Positions 39,329 to 48,865 of a DNA stretch of 64,000 bases are shown one piece after another. Numbering within the stretch: position 1 is the stretch's first letter; the number at the start of each line of letters is the position of its first letter. The position numbers and the translations under genes were made by a program. The DNA is from Bdellovibrionota bacterium (GTDB taxonomy: Bacteria > Bdellovibrionota_C > UBA2361 > JBIKUX01): assembly GCA_044347345.1 (NCBI GenBank), contig JBIKUX010000008.1:32027-96026 (forward strand), written 5' to 3'. Under the pieces are notes generated by a model. That model was not told the origin of the DNA, made no database searches, and saw only the letters and a program-made list of their open reading frames with translations.

Positions 39329-41539
39329 TCATCCACCCTCAAATCGTTGCGCACCTGAGGTAATTCGTCCAAGCATCAGATAGACAGCACGATTACCATC
39401 CTCTGCCATACCATATCCTATATAAAGCGGCAAAATGGGAGTATTGGCTCCCAAGAACACTGAGCTAGCAACTACAGACCCCTCATCTACTAAATTAGGA
39501 ATATCAGATTGCAAATTTGCTAACTCAAGAGATATTCCGCCAAATAGTTTATATCCTAACAGAGCGCTTGCACTATCTAATTCTTGTAACATTACAAATT
39601 TATGAACCTTGTAACTTGAAGCAACAAGAGAATTTTGTACAAAGCCCGAAAGATCAAGAAATCCACCTAATGTAAAGCTTCTTCCAGTCGGCCTAACGCC
39701 CTCTGTAAAACTAAATTCACCTCGATAAATAAAAGATAGAGAGCCCAAGTTTATTGGTTTAACTATTTCTCCACTTAATTCCGTAAAATCTCTGCTAGCT
39801 CCAACTACTTCAGCGGAACGAGATACAGAGAATCTACTAAGCAAACCATTCTGGGGAAAATCTAGGTCATCAAGAGTATCAAAAATAGCTCTAGTATAAA
39901 TATCACCTATCTTAAAAGAGGTTTCAGCTAGGCTAGGGTCCCCTACTCTTCTTTGAACGTCGCCATTACCCAAACGATATCCGACCAAAGCTTCCCATGA
40001 TTCATAAAAACCGTAGCCTAGACTCACTCCTCCCTGAGCTCTTGTTCTCTCATATTCAGCTATTAAATCTTGACCATTACGAATATATAAATTTCTCTGA
40101 TCAAGCAGACCTTGCGCCGCATAAAAAAAGTTACTGCCAAAATTGATAGGGTCTTCATACTCTATACTCAGCGAGTTTACCCGACCAAGACGAACGCCAA
40201 CATCAGCATAACCGCTGTGCAAACCTACGTCATTTATCCGCAAACCAGCACCTAAATTGTAAAAATTATCGCTCTTAAAATCGCCCTCAAGAGCTAAACC
40301 AAATCTAAGATACTGCTCATACCAATCTTTTTCTTTAGTAAGAAATTGAATTCCAGTAAGGTCACCTTGCTTTAAAACTTCACTCGAAACCTGAGAAAAA
40401 GCGCCAAGAGAATAGATCTTACCGACTGAGGAATCTATGGCAGGGTCGTTAATACTATCCCCAGCCTTAACTTCTATTCGTTCATGAATAACACTATCAG
40501 GCACAGATGAATCATTCTTTATCTTAACGAAATCAATTTTATCGTAAGCTGAATTAACCTTAGTTCTTTTTGCTTCCCAAACGCTGTACTCTTGCTCTGA
40601 AATAGAGAGTTTTTTTAACTCAGACATTTTAGCTCTTGCTGCATCCTCTCCCCGCTTAATAAGCTCTCTGGCTTTATTAAAATCAGTTGCCGAAAAACCT
40701 TTAAGGTCTGGTTCGATTAAAATATCTCCCACTTTAAGCTTTTGGCGTTGATATGCAGAATTTTGCGATAATAAAAGAGATAACATCTGACCAGATATTG
40801 CTAGTGGGTTATTTAATGCTTCTCTCTTTGCCAAATCAGCATAAAGCTCAACAGCAATTATCCTTTTTGCTCCCATCTCTTGCACAACACTTATGGGAAG
40901 ATTGTTAGCTATACCACCGTCAACCAATAACTTTCCGTTCATTTCAACCGCAGAAAACACTCCTGGAACTGCCATACTCGCTCTTGTAGCAATTGATAAA
41001 TCGCCACGATCAATTACTTCGGGCAAACCAGTTTCAATATCTGCGGCTATCGCTCGGTATTTCAGTGCCAGATTATCAAAAGAGCCGCTCTCTGGGTAAC
41101 GATAGAACAACTTTTGCAGAACTAGTCTAATTTTTTGGCCTTGTAGAATACCTGTTGGAACAACAAGTTTTCCTTTAACTATTCCAAATTTTACATCACC
41201 TAAGATTTCTCGATTACGCCCAGTCTTATCTTTTAATGGAACATCACTACGAGAAGGCCCATCACTAAAAAGCCTCTCCCAGTCGGTATTAGAAATAATC
41301 TCCTCTAATTCAGTAATACTTGCTCCCGCGGCATAAGCTGCTCCAACAATAGACCCCATGCTCGTGCCAGCTACATAATCTATGGGAACAGATGCCTCGT
41401 TAAGAACTTTTAAAACTCCTACATGAGCAAAGCCTAAAGCCCCTCCGCCAGCTAAAGCTAAACCGTTTTCCCTTGCTTGAGAGTAAGCAACAAAAGGGCA
41501 AACCAGACTTACAAATACATAGATTAAAAGCTTCTTCAT
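39329..41539 (-). CDS. Patatin-like phospholipase with POTRA and outer-membrane barrel (PlpD/type Vd-like)
   Basis: Signal peptide; LAGGGALGFAHVG, GTSMGS and DGG motifs; POTRA-like IEVKAGD..IYSLGAF; alternating beta-strand C-terminus. Confidence 0.88.
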   Translation of the reverse strand: MKKLLIYVFVSLVCPFVAYSQARENGLALAGGGALGFAHVGVLKVLNEASVPIDYVAGTSMGSIVGAAYAAGASITELEEIISNTDWERLFSDGPSRSDVPLKDKTGRNREILGDVKFGIVKGKLVVPTGILQGQKIRLVLQKLFYRYPESGSFDNLALKYRAIAADIETGLPEVIDRGDLSIATRASMAVPGVFSAVEMNGKLLVDGGIANNLPISVVQEMGAKRIIAVELYADLAKREALNNPLAISGQMLSLLLSQNSAYQRQKLKVGDILIEPDLKGFSATDFNKARELIKRGEDAARAKMSELKKLSISEQEYSVWEAKRTKVNSAYDKIDFVKIKNDSSVPDSVIHERIEVKAGDSINDPAIDSSVGKIYSLGAFSQVSSEVLKQGDLTGIQFLTKEKDWYEQYLRFGLALEGDFKSDNFYNLGAGLRINDVGLHSGYADVGVRLGRVNSLSIEYEDPINFGSNFFYAAQGLLDQRNLYIRNGQDLIAEYERTRAQGGVSLGYGFYESWEALVGYRLGNGDVQRRVGDPSLAETSFKIGDIYTRAIFDTLDDLDFPQNGLLSRFSVSRSAEVVGASRDFTELSGEIVKPINLGSLSFIYRGEFSFTEGVRPTGRSFTLGGFLDLSGFVQNSLVASSYKVHKFVMLQELDSASALLGYKLFGGISLELANLQSDIPNLVDEGSVVASSVFLGANTPILPLYIGYGMAEDGNRAVYLMLGRITSGAQRFEGG

Positions 41540-41674
41540 TATTAATTTTTAAAAATTGGGTCCTGACAGCTTCAGCATAGTTTAATCGAAAATTTTAACA
41601 CGTAATGCAATCTAGCTATACGCCATTTCACCTAGAGCCACTTCTAGCACTGGCAGAGTTTTAGTTGTATACTG

Positions 41675-42454
41675 ATGAGTCATATGCGAGTAGCTTTAAT
41701 TCAAACTAACCTTTTCTGGAATGATGTTGCTGCAAATAGTAGACATCTTTTGTTATTGGGTCGTGATGCAATTGCAAGAGGTGCAGACCTTATAGTTCTA
41801 CCAGAGATGTGTACCACAGGGTTCTCATTTGCCTCGGGAGAACTAGCCTATCAAGCGGAAGTTGGAGCATCTGAGCTACTAAAATCTATAGCTGGTATTC
41901 GTGAAAATATCTACGTAGCTGGAAGCTCTCCTGAAGCATCTGATGGAAATTATAGCCAACCTTATAACAGCCTTAAGGTTTTTAGCTCAGCTGGGCTCAT
42001 TGGTGAGTATCGAAAGATTCATTTATTTAGTTACGGTGGAGAGCATAAATTTTACCGAAGCGGTAATCAGACATTAGTAACTGAACTTGGAGATTGGCGC
42101 GTCGGATGGTTTATATGCTACGACCTTCGCTTTCCTCAATCTTTCGCCAAACTCGCCAATAGAGTCGACCTTTTTGTTGTTGTAGCAAATTGGCCAGCTA
42201 GTCGGCGTTTACATTGGCGTACTCTGCTACAAGCACGAGCGATTGAGAATCAAGCTTATGTTGTGGGCGTCAACAGAATTGGTGAAGGTAACGGCCTTGT
42301 CTACAGCGGCGATTCGCTTGTTGTGAGTCCGAGAGGTGAGATTTTATTAGATATGGGTGAGGCTGATGCTGTCGATGTTTGCGATCTTGATCTAGCAGAA
42401 ATAGCTCGTTACCGAGCGGAATTTTCATGTTTAACGGATCGTCGAGATATCTAA
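41675..42454 (+). CDS. Carbon-nitrogen hydrolase (YafV/Nit2-like amidase)
   Basis: E-K-C triad in VLPE, YRKIHLF and ICYDLRFP; ANWP..R..HW..LL.ARAIENQ. Confidence 0.93.
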   Translation: MSHMRVALIQTNLFWNDVAANSRHLLLLGRDAIARGADLIVLPEMCTTGFSFASGELAYQAEVGASELLKSIAGIRENIYVAGSSPEASDGNYSQPYNSLKVFSSAGLIGEYRKIHLFSYGGEHKFYRSGNQTLVTELGDWRVGWFICYDLRFPQSFAKLANRVDLFVVVANWPASRRLHWRTLLQARAIENQAYVVGVNRIGEGNGLVYSGDSLVVSPRGEILLDMGEADAVDVCDLDLAEIARYRAEFSCLTDRRDI

Positions 42455-42545
42455 AGATAGAATCGATAACTCTTAAACGATTCAAAAACCTAAACCAAAG
42501 TCAATCAGGCTTTTTCAAAATTAATCCTAATTTCTCTGACTTTAT

Positions 42546-42635
42546 GCACTACAATCCCTACCCCGAAATCCCTGAGACTTAGTAAGTTGAGCACTACAAT
42601 CCCTACCCCGAAATCCCTGAGACTTAGTAAGTTGA
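42546..42635. repeat. Perfect 45-bp tandem duplication
   Basis: GCACTACAATCCCTACCCCGAAATCCCTGAGACTTAGTAAGTTGA at 42546 and 42591. Confidence 0.95.
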
Positions 42636-43202
42636 GGCTATATAGTTGTAAATATTGTAAATAAATTCTACGGTGTACCATATGATATGGTACTAGAACT
42701 ATGTCATTCTCGATCAGATGCTTTAGTGGAGACTCGATCCGTTACCTTTATTTGAGACTATGGAATATACCGATTAGCTTATAAAACTTGGTACAGCCTA
42801 GAATTCTAGACTAACTATATACCTGGAAATATTTGAAAATAATTCTAGGATGTACCATATAGAAACCATATAGACTGCTAGGTGGCTGGCGTCGCCGATG
42901 TGACGGTTAAGGATTATTATAATTTGCTGGTTGGCACTTTAGTCGCTCATTATCATTAGAAATAGTACCGAAGCGTCTTTAGCCTCAGTTCTGACACAAA
43001 ACTAATAATTTTCGCTGCTTACCATGTAATTTTTTGAATTTGGAATATAATTTACAAAAGTTCAATAGTCCAGCACCAAGCGTCTTGGCTCTAAATTCAT
43101 TTAATTCAGACTTTAAGCGAGCCAAAACAATAAAAAAGTTAAAGCAATATTTCAAATATTGGCACCCGATCTAGCCTTTATTGTGGCTGACGGGCAAACT
43201 CT

Positions 43203-44186
43203 TTGGGTAATAAGAGACGCTCCGGAGATACTTTAAAGATGCGAGAACGATTCCGAAAATTCTTTCCCCTCCTCCAAGAAGAATCAACCACGCCGGAATT
43301 TGTGTTACCTTTGTTTGTTACGGATGGTCGGGATGTTAAAGAGCCCATTCTATCTATGCCCGGTTTTTATCGTCTTTCTCCTGAAAATATCGTAGCTCAA
43401 GCTACAAAAGCTTACAAATCTGGAGTTAAAGGCGTTGCACTTTTTCCAGTGCTCCCTGAACATAAGAAAGATGCTTTTGCCTCAGAAAGCACCAATCCGG
43501 CCGGACTTTTTCAGCAAACTATCAAGAGATTAAAAGATCAAGTGCCTGAGCTTGCTGTAATTACCGATGTAGCTATGGATCCCTACTCAAGTGACGGTCA
43601 TGACGGGCTAGTTGTTAACGGAAATATATTAAACGACCCTACATTAGAAATTCTGCAAGCTATGGCTATAAGCCAAGCTGAAGCTGGTGCCGATATAGTA
43701 GCTCCCTCAGATATGATGGACTACCGGGTGGGAGCCATAAGATCTGCTCTTGATACTAATGGACACACTGCAGTTGGAATTTTGGCCTATTCAGCCAAAT
43801 ACGCTTCGTCCTTCTATGGGCCTTTTCGTGACGCGCTAGATTCAGCTCCACGATTTGGAGATAAGAAAACCTATCAAATGGATCCTGCAAACAGCGATGA
43901 AGCTATCAAAGAAGTTCTCCTCGATATAGCAGAAGGCGCCGACATGGTAATGATTAAGCCAGGATTACCTTACCTAGACATAATAAAAAGAATAAGCGTA
44001 ATTAGCTCAGTTCCAGTTGCAGCCTATCAAGTAAGTGGAGAATACGCTCTCATCAAAGCTGGAAGTGCCGCTGGGATCATAGATGAGTTAGAATCTATAA
44101 AAGATAGCACTAACGCTCTATTTTGTGCCGGAGCAAAAGTAATACTCTCTTATTTTGCCATTCAAGCAGCAGAATCCCTAAAGTGA
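43203..44186 (+). CDS. hemB: Porphobilinogen synthase
   Basis: LPLFV, DVAMDPY, APSDMMD, YSAKYAS.FYGPFR.A, YQMDP, MVMIKPG and AYQVSGEY motifs. Confidence 0.96.
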   Translation: MGNKRRSGDTLKMRERFRKFFPLLQEESTTPEFVLPLFVTDGRDVKEPILSMPGFYRLSPENIVAQATKAYKSGVKGVALFPVLPEHKKDAFASESTNPAGLFQQTIKRLKDQVPELAVITDVAMDPYSSDGHDGLVVNGNILNDPTLEILQAMAISQAEAGADIVAPSDMMDYRVGAIRSALDTNGHTAVGILAYSAKYASSFYGPFRDALDSAPRFGDKKTYQMDPANSDEAIKEVLLDIAEGADMVMIKPGLPYLDIIKRISVISSVPVAAYQVSGEYALIKAGSAAGIIDELESIKDSTNALFCAGAKVILSYFAIQAAESLK

Positions 44187-45082
44187 AAATTAAACAATCT
44201 AACCTATTCGTATCCTTTATTTTACTCTTTGTGGCAGTTATTTGGGGCGGAGGGTTTGTCTCGCAAAAAGTTGGTGCTGCCTATCTTGGAAGCAGTTCTT
44301 TTAACTCGCTTCGATTTGGTCTGGCTGCGCTAGCCCTTACCGTCCTGACGGGAAGAATAACCAGAATAAAGCAAATTGCTAACCTAACATTACAAACCCC
44401 AGTTTTTTCATTATGCCTTTTCCTCGGTGCCCAATTACAACAAAAAGGCTTAGCTTTAACTACGGCTGGAAAAGGGGCTTTTATTACAGGCTTATACATT
44501 GTGATAATACCACTTTTTCATGCCATTATATTCAAAGAGCGCCCCTCTAAGTATCACTGGCTAGGTGCGCTCATTGCTTCACTTGGATTAGCCGGAGTTA
44601 GTGGAGTAACTTTTGCAACAGTCCTACAAGGATCAGCTACAGGTGACCTTTTAATTCTTACGGCAGCAATAATTTTCGCTGCTCATTTTGTTTTAGTTGA
44701 ACGAAAAGGTTCGTATTGGGACTCAATTGATTTATCAATATCTCAATGTATAGGTTGTGCTACATTATCTTTAATTTCAGCTATTTTTTTTGAATCATAT
44801 TCGTTACAATCCATAATGCATGCGACTCCTTCAATCCTGTATCAGAGCCTGATTAGCGTAAGTTTAGGATACACCCTGCAGATTTGGGCTCAAAGAAAAA
44901 TTCCTGCCGGACAAGCCTCGCTAATTTTAAGTCTTGAGTCTGTTTTCGGTGCTATTGCAGGAAGTTACTTACTCGGTGAAACCTTTGATAACTACCAAAT
45001 TATCTGCGCGATAATCATGAGCTTAGGAGTTGGCATAGCCCAACTACCTATGTTTTTGAAAAAGGTAGAAGCTACTATTTGA
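44123..45082 (+). CDS. EamA/DMT transporter (probable start GTG 44183, overlapping the hemB stop)
   Basis: IWGGGFV, RFGLAAL, LQQKGL..TTAGKGAFITGLY, GYTLQ..AQ and LESVFG motifs. Confidence 0.92.
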   Translation: MCRSKSNTLLFCHSSSRIPKVKIKQSNLFVSFILLFVAVIWGGGFVSQKVGAAYLGSSSFNSLRFGLAALALTVLTGRITRIKQIANLTLQTPVFSLCLFLGAQLQQKGLALTTAGKGAFITGLYIVIIPLFHAIIFKERPSKYHWLGALIASLGLAGVSGVTFATVLQGSATGDLLILTAAIIFAAHFVLVERKGSYWDSIDLSISQCIGCATLSLISAIFFESYSLQSIMHATPSILYQSLISVSLGYTLQIWAQRKIPAGQASLILSLESVFGAIAGSYLLGETFDNYQIICAIIMSLGVGIAQLPMFLKKVEATI

Positions 45083-45157
45083 TTAAATTACACCAATCAT
45101 TAACTTATCTCAAAAACTACCGATGAACTCTCTGTTGTTCACTAGGCCTAAGGTTTT

Positions 45158-47005
45158 ATGAAAATAAGTAGTTGTAATTTATCACAATCCTCTTTGGTAC
45201 GGTCTTTAGTTTTAATAACCTTATCCTTCGGAGCTACTCATGGGATGGCCGAGGATAAGACCCAATCACCAAGGCATTTAGTACTACACTCAGAACCACA
45301 AGAAACAAAAAGACTAAGTAGCACAAGAAGCTTTTCAGAAACAGTGAGGCTTTCAGCAGCTCTTAACGGTAGTGCTCAATTACGTTTTTTCTTAAAATCA
45401 ATCGATGAACTACCAACAGAAGATTCTCTCAATGACTCAAACAAACGGTACCAAGGCACTGTTTCAGTAAGAAGAAGAGGGCAACGAATCAAATCATTAG
45501 CCTCCGCCGTCTCTTTTGAAGAAAAAGGTGTAAAACAATTAATAATAACTTTTTCACTACCAATTCGTTCTTCTCTCTCCAAAACTAAACATAACGCGCA
45601 ACAAATATATTACCGAGCTACAATAAAAAAAGGTGATAAATCTGTTGAAGTAAACCGTGTGCCATATTTTGCAATACCAAAAAATGATGGCTGTACAGAA
45701 CTTCATGCCCCTCAAGATATCAAATCTAATACTAATCAAGAATCAGTTAGTTTAAACGAAAATTTAAAAAGCGCTCTTACGACAACTTTTAAAGTTGTTG
45801 AAGTATATACCGATGCAGATGCACAATTTGTCTCAAGAAAGTCTGGCGCTGATGGAAGCAAGATTGCCACAATGTCTTACGTAAACGCTGCTGATCAAAT
45901 ATACCGACGAGATTCCCAACTAATACTGAATCATAAAGTAGTTAACGCTACGGGTGAAGATTATCAGACAAATTCTTCTAATACTATTCTTCAATTGTTT
46001 AGTGGAAAATCTCTTTCACCTTCAAGTGATGCTTATCTTTTATTCTCAGGGAGAGACTTTGACGGCTATACTATCGGACTTGCTTGGATAGGTGGTGCTT
46101 GCAACACAAAAGGTTATGCAACTGGATTAGTACAGGAGTTAAATCCCGCTGTTACCCATATCATATTTGCTCATGAACTAGGGCATTTACTGTCTGCACA
46201 ACATGACAATGTATTTAGCACCAGACCCGAATGTCTATCAAATTTCATCATGGGTACCACACTGGGGCTAAATCCTCCCTCAACTTTTTCAACTTGCTCA
46301 CGTTCGTCATTTTCTTCTTTCGTAAATGCTCGACCTGCATGTTTCTCGAGTCAAGAAGCAGATGTACAACCAACTCCCACAACATTACCGACTATTTCAC
46401 CCTCTTCTACACCAACTATGACTCCAACAACTATTGTAATCACTCCTACACCAACTAGAACCCCTACTGTGGCTGCTACACCGACTAATACCCCAGTACC
46501 TACGGTCGTCACAACTCCCATAAGCACGCCAACTACTCCAATAACTCCATCCCCTACGATTGTAGTGACTCCATCTTTAACGCCAACATCAATTTTACCA
46601 CCGGTGGTAATCAGCGTAATACCTTCACCTTCTTTTACAGTAAAACCTCCTATTGCACCTACTGCTACATTATCACCTACTCCTAGACAGCTTAGTGGCA
46701 AAATAACAGTAACTAACAATATCTTTAAAACTATGATGGTTAAAACAGAGTTAAGCTCAAATCCCCCTCAAAATTGTAGAATAGCATTTTTTCGAAGCAC
46801 CAATTTAGAAGACTTATTTAATAGACAACCCACTCTTACCACAGCAATAACAAGAGCTACCTCGAGCTTTTTGATATCCCGTCCACCACGAACTAACCCA
46901 GGTCAGATTGTACATGTCGGAGCTACTATTTCATGTAAAAATGGGACTAACTTAAAACTTACTTCAAGCCTTCGTGCCGCTGATATAAAAAATTTTCGTA
47001 AATAA
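45158..47005 (+). CDS. Secreted reprolysin-like (M12B) zinc metalloprotease with Pro/Thr linker
   Basis: Signal peptide; GRDFDGYTIGLAWIG..C; HELGHLLSAQHD; Met-turn FIMG; about 130 aa of PT/TP repeats; C-terminal domain. Confidence 0.88.
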   Translation: MKISSCNLSQSSLVRSLVLITLSFGATHGMAEDKTQSPRHLVLHSEPQETKRLSSTRSFSETVRLSAALNGSAQLRFFLKSIDELPTEDSLNDSNKRYQGTVSVRRRGQRIKSLASAVSFEEKGVKQLIITFSLPIRSSLSKTKHNAQQIYYRATIKKGDKSVEVNRVPYFAIPKNDGCTELHAPQDIKSNTNQESVSLNENLKSALTTTFKVVEVYTDADAQFVSRKSGADGSKIATMSYVNAADQIYRRDSQLILNHKVVNATGEDYQTNSSNTILQLFSGKSLSPSSDAYLLFSGRDFDGYTIGLAWIGGACNTKGYATGLVQELNPAVTHIIFAHELGHLLSAQHDNVFSTRPECLSNFIMGTTLGLNPPSTFSTCSRSSFSSFVNARPACFSSQEADVQPTPTTLPTISPSSTPTMTPTTIVITPTPTRTPTVAATPTNTPVPTVVTTPISTPTTPITPSPTIVVTPSLTPTSILPPVVISVIPSPSFTVKPPIAPTATLSPTPRQLSGKITVTNNIFKTMMVKTELSSNPPQNCRIAFFRSTNLEDLFNRQPTLTTAITRATSSFLISRPPRTNPGQIVHVGATISCKNGTNLKLTSSLRAADIKNFRK

Positions 47006-47322
47006 GATGCCGAAAGGGTGAAAGCCTTAGAGAATTCAACGAAGTGCAAAATAGATTAGTGATAAGGACTACACAATAACTATTTTTGCACCTTTGCACG
47101 CAACAAAATAAGACTCTCATCGACTATGTTTTATTAAGAAAGGTTGTTTCAGTTGAAAACAGCCTATTTGAAGCGTCATCTGTTATTTTTCTTTAGTTTT
47201 ACTCATTGACTTTTTTGTAGAAAAAAAAGTTTGGTATAGGGTCAAAATTCCCTTATTCAACGACTAGAGTTTTAAAAGATGACTTAAAATGCAATAAAAA
47301 TCGTACTTTAAGGAAAATTACT

Positions 47323-47622
47323 ATGAGCTTACCAATAGCAGGACTTCTTCAAGGAGTTGTTCAAGGGGTTGGCAGTGGCATACTCAGCTCTGCACTTAAT
47401 CTTATCTCAAAAAGTGGAACATTAGGTAATGCGAGCAACTTGGCTAATTCGCAGAATAACTACGCTAATTTAATTCAACAAAACCAACAGCAACAAAATC
47501 AGATGATGGTATTTCAGATGATTTCACAAATGGTTATGCAAGAATTTTCAACAAAGAGCACTCTTTCAAAAAATGGCCATGAAGGAGCTATGACTATAAT
47601 TAGAAATTTAAAAGTAGCTTAG
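47323..47622 (+). CDS. Small G/S/N/Q-rich protein with needle/HrpA-like C-terminus
   Basis: AAGGA RBS; own transcription unit; C-terminus QMVMQEFSTKSTLSKNGHEGAMTIIRNLK. The family call is tentative. Confidence 0.6.
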   Translation: MSLPIAGLLQGVVQGVGSGILSSALNLISKSGTLGNASNLANSQNNYANLIQQNQQQQNQMMVFQMISQMVMQEFSTKSTLSKNGHEGAMTIIRNLKVA

Positions 47623-47651
47623 AGAGCTTTTGAAAATAAATTAGGTTAAAG

Positions 47652-47684
47652 GGTAGTTAACCGTAATAAATGTGGTTAACTATC
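47652..47684. terminator. Hairpin between convergent genes
   Basis: GGTAGTTAACC-N11-GGTTAACTATC stem. Confidence 0.55.
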
Positions 47685-48845
47685 TTACATTTTTTTCGAC
47701 AAACGCTTAAGCGCTTGTTTAGCTATCGCTACTCCTAAACTTAAGAACGTAGTATACTTTGCCGCAAGAACCTCAAGATAGTAATCTGAGATCCAGTTAA
47801 TACGAGCTTTATTGATTGGTAAAGGTGTCTTGCTCGCTGGCTCGCGAGGAAGTATGCCCCACTCAACTGTAAATTCATCTGAGTGAGTTAACGTTCCCCC
47901 GGGGAGAGCACTTTCTAATTCAAGCATAAAAGGCTCAATATCCTCCTCACTTAGTAGCTCGCTTGCTTCAGGACGTTCAAGAGAAACATAACCAGTTCCA
48001 ATAGCAGTATAATTCTCTTGGAGCAAAGTTTCTCCGTTAAGCTTAGTAGTAACACGAGGCACCAAAAAGAATAAACGACCAGATGGAGCAGGGATTCCTA
48101 TAGCATGACTAGAAACAAGTGGCTTACCAATAATAATGTTAAACGCGCGAACCCATGATATATTTTGAAAGCAGGGTTGGTCGTTAAACTTAAGCGAAGA
48201 ATGATGTCCTCCAGAGGCATTTATTACCAAACGAGCGGCCATCTGGCCTCTCGTTGTAGAGGTAATGGCATACAAGCCATGGCCTTCAATTGATAAAGCC
48301 TTACAATCTTCTTCAATTATAGCGCCACTATTTTTGCATTCTTCTCTAACTCTTTGAATCAACTCTGAGTGAGATTGGAGTAAGGCATCATGCCATAATA
48401 ACCCTCCACAACCGCGTTGATGATGATTCCTAAATAGAGGAGCAATAGTTTTTAACTGGTGTTCAGATAATACTTTTGCTGATAAGAGCGGAGATTTAGC
48501 CGCTAGGCGAAATGTGTCAAAAAAACGGGCACCAAGCCAAACTGGAATTCTCTTTTCAAAACCCTTCCCACTTAATGGCATTACACATGGTAGAGCGGTC
48601 ACTAAATCTGGATATAACCTAAGAAGCTCCGTTTGAGCTAACATAGAACGCCATAATCTAAAAATATCTCCTTTTACTAAGTAGCGAAAGCCACCATGCA
48701 TTACCCTTAAACTATGACCTGATGTTGCTGCTCCTAATTTATTTTTTTCTAATAAAACGACCCTTACACCTCTTTCAGCTAACGCTCTAGTAATTCCTAG
48801 GCCAGTTACTCCTCCACCGATAACAAGTACTTCACAGGCTTCCAT
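47685..48845 (-). CDS. FAD-dependent oxidoreductase (GlpD/DAO-like, short form)
   Basis: VIGGGVTG...VVLLEK, ATSGHSLRVMHGGFRYL and VINASG motifs; lacks the GlpD C-terminal domain. Confidence 0.85.
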   Translation of the reverse strand: MEACEVLVIGGGVTGLGITRALAERGVRVVLLEKNKLGAATSGHSLRVMHGGFRYLVKGDIFRLWRSMLAQTELLRLYPDLVTALPCVMPLSGKGFEKRIPVWLGARFFDTFRLAAKSPLLSAKVLSEHQLKTIAPLFRNHHQRGCGGLLWHDALLQSHSELIQRVREECKNSGAIIEEDCKALSIEGHGLYAITSTTRGQMAARLVINASGGHHSSLKFNDQPCFQNISWVRAFNIIIGKPLVSSHAIGIPAPSGRLFFLVPRVTTKLNGETLLQENYTAIGTGYVSLERPEASELLSEEDIEPFMLELESALPGGTLTHSDEFTVEWGILPREPASKTPLPINKARINWISDYYLEVLAAKYTTFLSLGVAIAKQALKRLSKKM

Positions 48846-48865
48846 TGCTATTTAATATGCTACTA

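Noticed and set aside
42546-42635. 45-bp repeat as a CRISPR array
   Set aside because: Two abutting copies with no spacer and no cas genes.
42932-42947. Sigma-54-like motif TGGCAC-N5-TCGCT upstream of hemB
   Set aside because: Imperfect -12 element, about 255 bp from the start; cannot be distinguished from chance.
46351-46719. V/G-rich antisense ORF
   Set aside because: Mirror of the Pro/Thr linker codons.
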